Positions 61,778 through 64,000 of a stretch of 64,000 nucleotides of DNA are shown piece by piece. How positions within the stretch are numbered: the first letter of the stretch is position 1; every line of letters starts with the position of its first letter. The notes under the pieces are model-generated. The model worked only from the letters and a program-made list of their open reading frames with translations, was not told where the DNA came from and ran no database searches. A program made the translations under genes and the position numbers. This stretch comes from Candidatus Peregrinibacteria bacterium CG2_30_44_17 (GTDB lineage Bacteria > Patescibacteriota > Gracilibacteria > UBA1369 > UBA12470): assembly GCA_001873565.1 (NCBI GenBank), contig MNZJ01000012.1, positions 439-64,438 of the forward strand, written 5' to 3'.

Positions 61778-63310
61778 TTAATTCCCTTCTTCAATCTGCT
61801 TCAGCATATCTTCGACAGTCACTTCTTCTTCATCCGGATTCTCAAAGAATTTCTTTGTCATGTCTTTGATCCTGTCCTCTCTAGTTATATCTTCTTTCTC
61901 TCCTGCTTTGCGTTTGCGGAAATCCTGCAAGAGCAGGTCTTCTCCCCCAGGTCTGGCTTTTGGCACTACTTCCGGCGTCTGTAATTGCACATTTGAGAGT
62001 GGATCTTCTCTTAAATCGGCTACTGTTTGGACGTGATGCTTCTCGTTCTCTTGTGGCTGCTGATTGATCTCGTAGACAGGTGCTGAGTTTGTAACTTCCG
62101 GTACCTCCGGCGGCTTAACCTCCGCTGGCTGCATATGTGGCTGCTGCGCAACATCTCCGGCGTATCCTGATTGGAATTCTCGAATTCTATTGATTACAAA
62201 TGCTTCGGCCTGCGCAAACTCCATATCTTTCACCCTGAAACCTGCTGCTTTTGGATGGCCTCCACCGCCGAACATCTGAGCAATATCGTTTGCATTGGCG
62301 CCTTTATTAGGCGTCCTAACACTGACAGATACTAATCCCGGCTGTTTCTCTTTGATAAGCAAAACCACCTGTGCTCCCGGTGCATTTGATAGGAGTTCGT
62401 CTATGATTCCGGCTGACTCGTCAGCTGTACCACCTGTTTTTTGCAAATCCTCCTGCGTTATCGTCGACCATACCAAGCGATTTTCTTCGTCGTATTTTAT
62501 CTTTGAAAGCACTCTTCCCCAGAGCTTAAGCATTGATAAGCTCTTTGTTCTATAGATATATTTGATGATCTCCTGCTGTCTTGCTCCAAAATCGAGCAAA
62601 TGAGCAGCTACGGCAAATGCTCTTGGTGTTGTATTTGAATGCTGAAAACTCCCTGTGTCCGTTATAATTCCAGCCAAAAGGAGTGTTGCTACATCAGCAT
62701 CTATTAATTTCCTACCTACTGTTTCTTCGAGTCGCTCCAGTATAGGTACTAAAATCTCTGTAGTTGATGAAGCCGTAATATCTACCAAATTGATACGCCC
62801 AAATTCACTATTGGAAGAGTGGTGATCTATATTTATAACAGGTATTGAATAAAACATCTCCGGATTATCTTCATACACATGGCCAAGTTGCTGCAAGTCT
62901 CCCGTATCAACGGTGATAATCAGATCATATTTTGCCTCTCCATGGTGCAATGTCACATCTTGCGCTGAAAAACGTCCTTTGCGTGGAGTTATTATTATGT
63001 TCACTTTGTCCTGTTCTACCTCGTATTTGATAGTATCGACTTCTGACTTCTTGCAATCCAATGTGACTACAAAATCTTCCGCCCCACCGAAATTCCTTGA
63101 TATGACGTCTATCATAGGCAGGAATTTGAGTGCATCCGGCACAGGATCAGCACAAATGACAGTTGCCTTCTTACCACGTTTTTTGAGAACAAGATAAAGT
63201 GCTAACGCAGCGCCAAGCGAGTCTCCATCTGGTGGACTTGATGGAAGAAGCAATATCTTGTCGCTTTTTTCTATTAGATGGATGATTTGTTCTTCTGTCG
63301 TTCTTGGCAT
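61778..63310 (-). CDS. nrnA: DHH/DHHA1 phosphoesterase (NrnA-like nanoRNase/pAp phosphatase) with a roughly 180-aa low-complexity C-terminal extension
   Basis: PDGDSLGAALAL, NIDHHSSN, GIITDTGSFQHSNTT, GGGHPKAAG. The tail is rich in P/E/Q/K. Confidence 0.85.
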   Translation of the reverse strand: MPRTTEEQIIHLIEKSDKILLLPSSPPDGDSLGAALALYLVLKKRGKKATVICADPVPDALKFLPMIDVISRNFGGAEDFVVTLDCKKSEVDTIKYEVEQDKVNIIITPRKGRFSAQDVTLHHGEAKYDLIITVDTGDLQQLGHVYEDNPEMFYSIPVINIDHHSSNSEFGRINLVDITASSTTEILVPILERLEETVGRKLIDADVATLLLAGIITDTGSFQHSNTTPRAFAVAAHLLDFGARQQEIIKYIYRTKSLSMLKLWGRVLSKIKYDEENRLVWSTITQEDLQKTGGTADESAGIIDELLSNAPGAQVVLLIKEKQPGLVSVSVRTPNKGANANDIAQMFGGGGHPKAAGFRVKDMEFAQAEAFVINRIREFQSGYAGDVAQQPHMQPAEVKPPEVPEVTNSAPVYEINQQPQENEKHHVQTVADLREDPLSNVQLQTPEVVPKARPGGEDLLLQDFRKRKAGEKEDITREDRIKDMTKKFFENPDEEEVTVEDMLKQIEEGN

Positions 63311-63471
63311 GGTTTTTAACTTCTTATTCTTGGCGGCATTGCATTCCTTGAATTATACATCTTTTTACTGGCTCGGTCAAGACTTGCCGCATCGTCCTTT
63401 AGCTGGATAGCTTATCATAAGAGGCGCCTATTGCAAGAGTATTTTAGCCTGGATTTCCTTATGAAAAAACT

Positions 63472-63499
63472 TTGACATTGAGCACGCATGTAGTATATC
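63472..63499 (+). promoter_or_regulatory. Candidate sigma70 promoter (TTGACA, 16 nt, TATATC) for the last, partial gene
   Basis: ttgaca lies at 63472-63477 and tatatc at 63494-63499. Confidence 0.4.
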
Positions 63500-63736
63500 A
63501 TTTTATATCGTCGTAGGGCGCTCTATTCTAATCTGTAAAATCAATTTTTCGTGTCATATTCATCCGAAGGAGCTAATAGGATAACTGACTGGACCACGCT
63601 TGTAGACTCCCCTATACCTCAAGCATTACTGGATCGATGCAATGCATTAAGCATACCAACGCCACCAGGCAATACCATTGGCACTTACAACCCTGGTCTA
63701 TCAACTGATAATCCATCTTGCATCGCCATAACAACA

Positions 63737-64000
63737 ATGTCCAAGCGAGAACGCTCATCAGATTCAGACGACGGGAATAAGGCAGCCGAAGAAGCATCCG
63801 CATTAAATGATCGAATCACCGCAATCACTGGAGCAATATCGAAAGCTATATCCTTTGGCGACATCACTCTGGATTTTGATCCCGCCTCTCAAGCTGGAGA
63901 GGTCACCGTTAACACTTCTTACATGAATGGCTCTCTCACTTCCGCGAGATTTCGCGAAAGTGATTTGAATCCAGATGGGACAATTATCCGCAGCGCGCCC
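63737..64000 (+). CDS. Partial hypothetical CDS running off the window end (first ATG at 63737; the frame is open from 63539)
   Basis: MSKRERSSDSDDGNKAAEEASALNDRITAITGAISKAISFGDITLDFDPASQAGEVTVNTSYMNGS... has no stop before the window end. I recognise no family. Confidence 0.35.
   Translation, partial: MSKRERSSDSDDGNKAAEEASALNDRITAITGAISKAISFGDITLDFDPASQAGEVTVNTSYMNGSLTSARFRESDLNPDGTIIRSAP

Overview
Moderately AT-rich, gene-dense bacterial chromosomal window read with the standard code (TGA, TAA and TAG all close long ORFs). I support about 55 protein genes, one tRNA-Thr(CGU) and one IS5-family insertion sequence. I saw no rRNA and no CRISPR array. Housekeeping genes include DAHP synthase, lexA, mutS, rpsF-ssb-rpsR, thrS, recF, uvrA, an ABC-F ATPase, ilvC-ridA, a beta-CASP hydrolase, rlmH, rlmD, a single-domain ogt, cca, tsaD, hisS, malic enzyme, yebC, nrnA and a short class II RNR-like gene. 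Envelope genes include a roughly 1800-aa beta-helix/LamG/FN3/SLH surface protein, a second SLH protein, PrsW, CapA, an FTR1 permease and several lipoproteins. Shine-Dalgarno sequences are mostly absent. The gene content and style resemble an uncultivated small-genome lineage (CPR/Peregrinibacteria-like), but that is inference only. The main items for follow-up are: (1) a tightly coupled five-gene operon of orphan membrane and giant proteins (12.8-21.3 kb) with no ATPase, which is my best candidate for an undescribed envelope or secretion system; (2) three or four genes whose conserved N-termini lie upstream of any ATG/GTG/TTG codon, suggesting AUH/CUG initiation or reinitiation; (3) G-depleted tandem-heptamer leaders (CCTAAAT/CCTACAC/AACTACT) directly upstream of many start codons, plus a recurrent GNA-triloop hairpin followed by TCCATCC; (4) a consensus promoter with twin GTGAG-N6-CTCAC operators and a small TM ORF upstream of lexA; (5) several families of short intergenic repeats or palindromic MITE-like elements, an IS5 insertion, and a GC-richer transaminase gene beside it. 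All functional calls come from motif recognition by eye. No database search was run.
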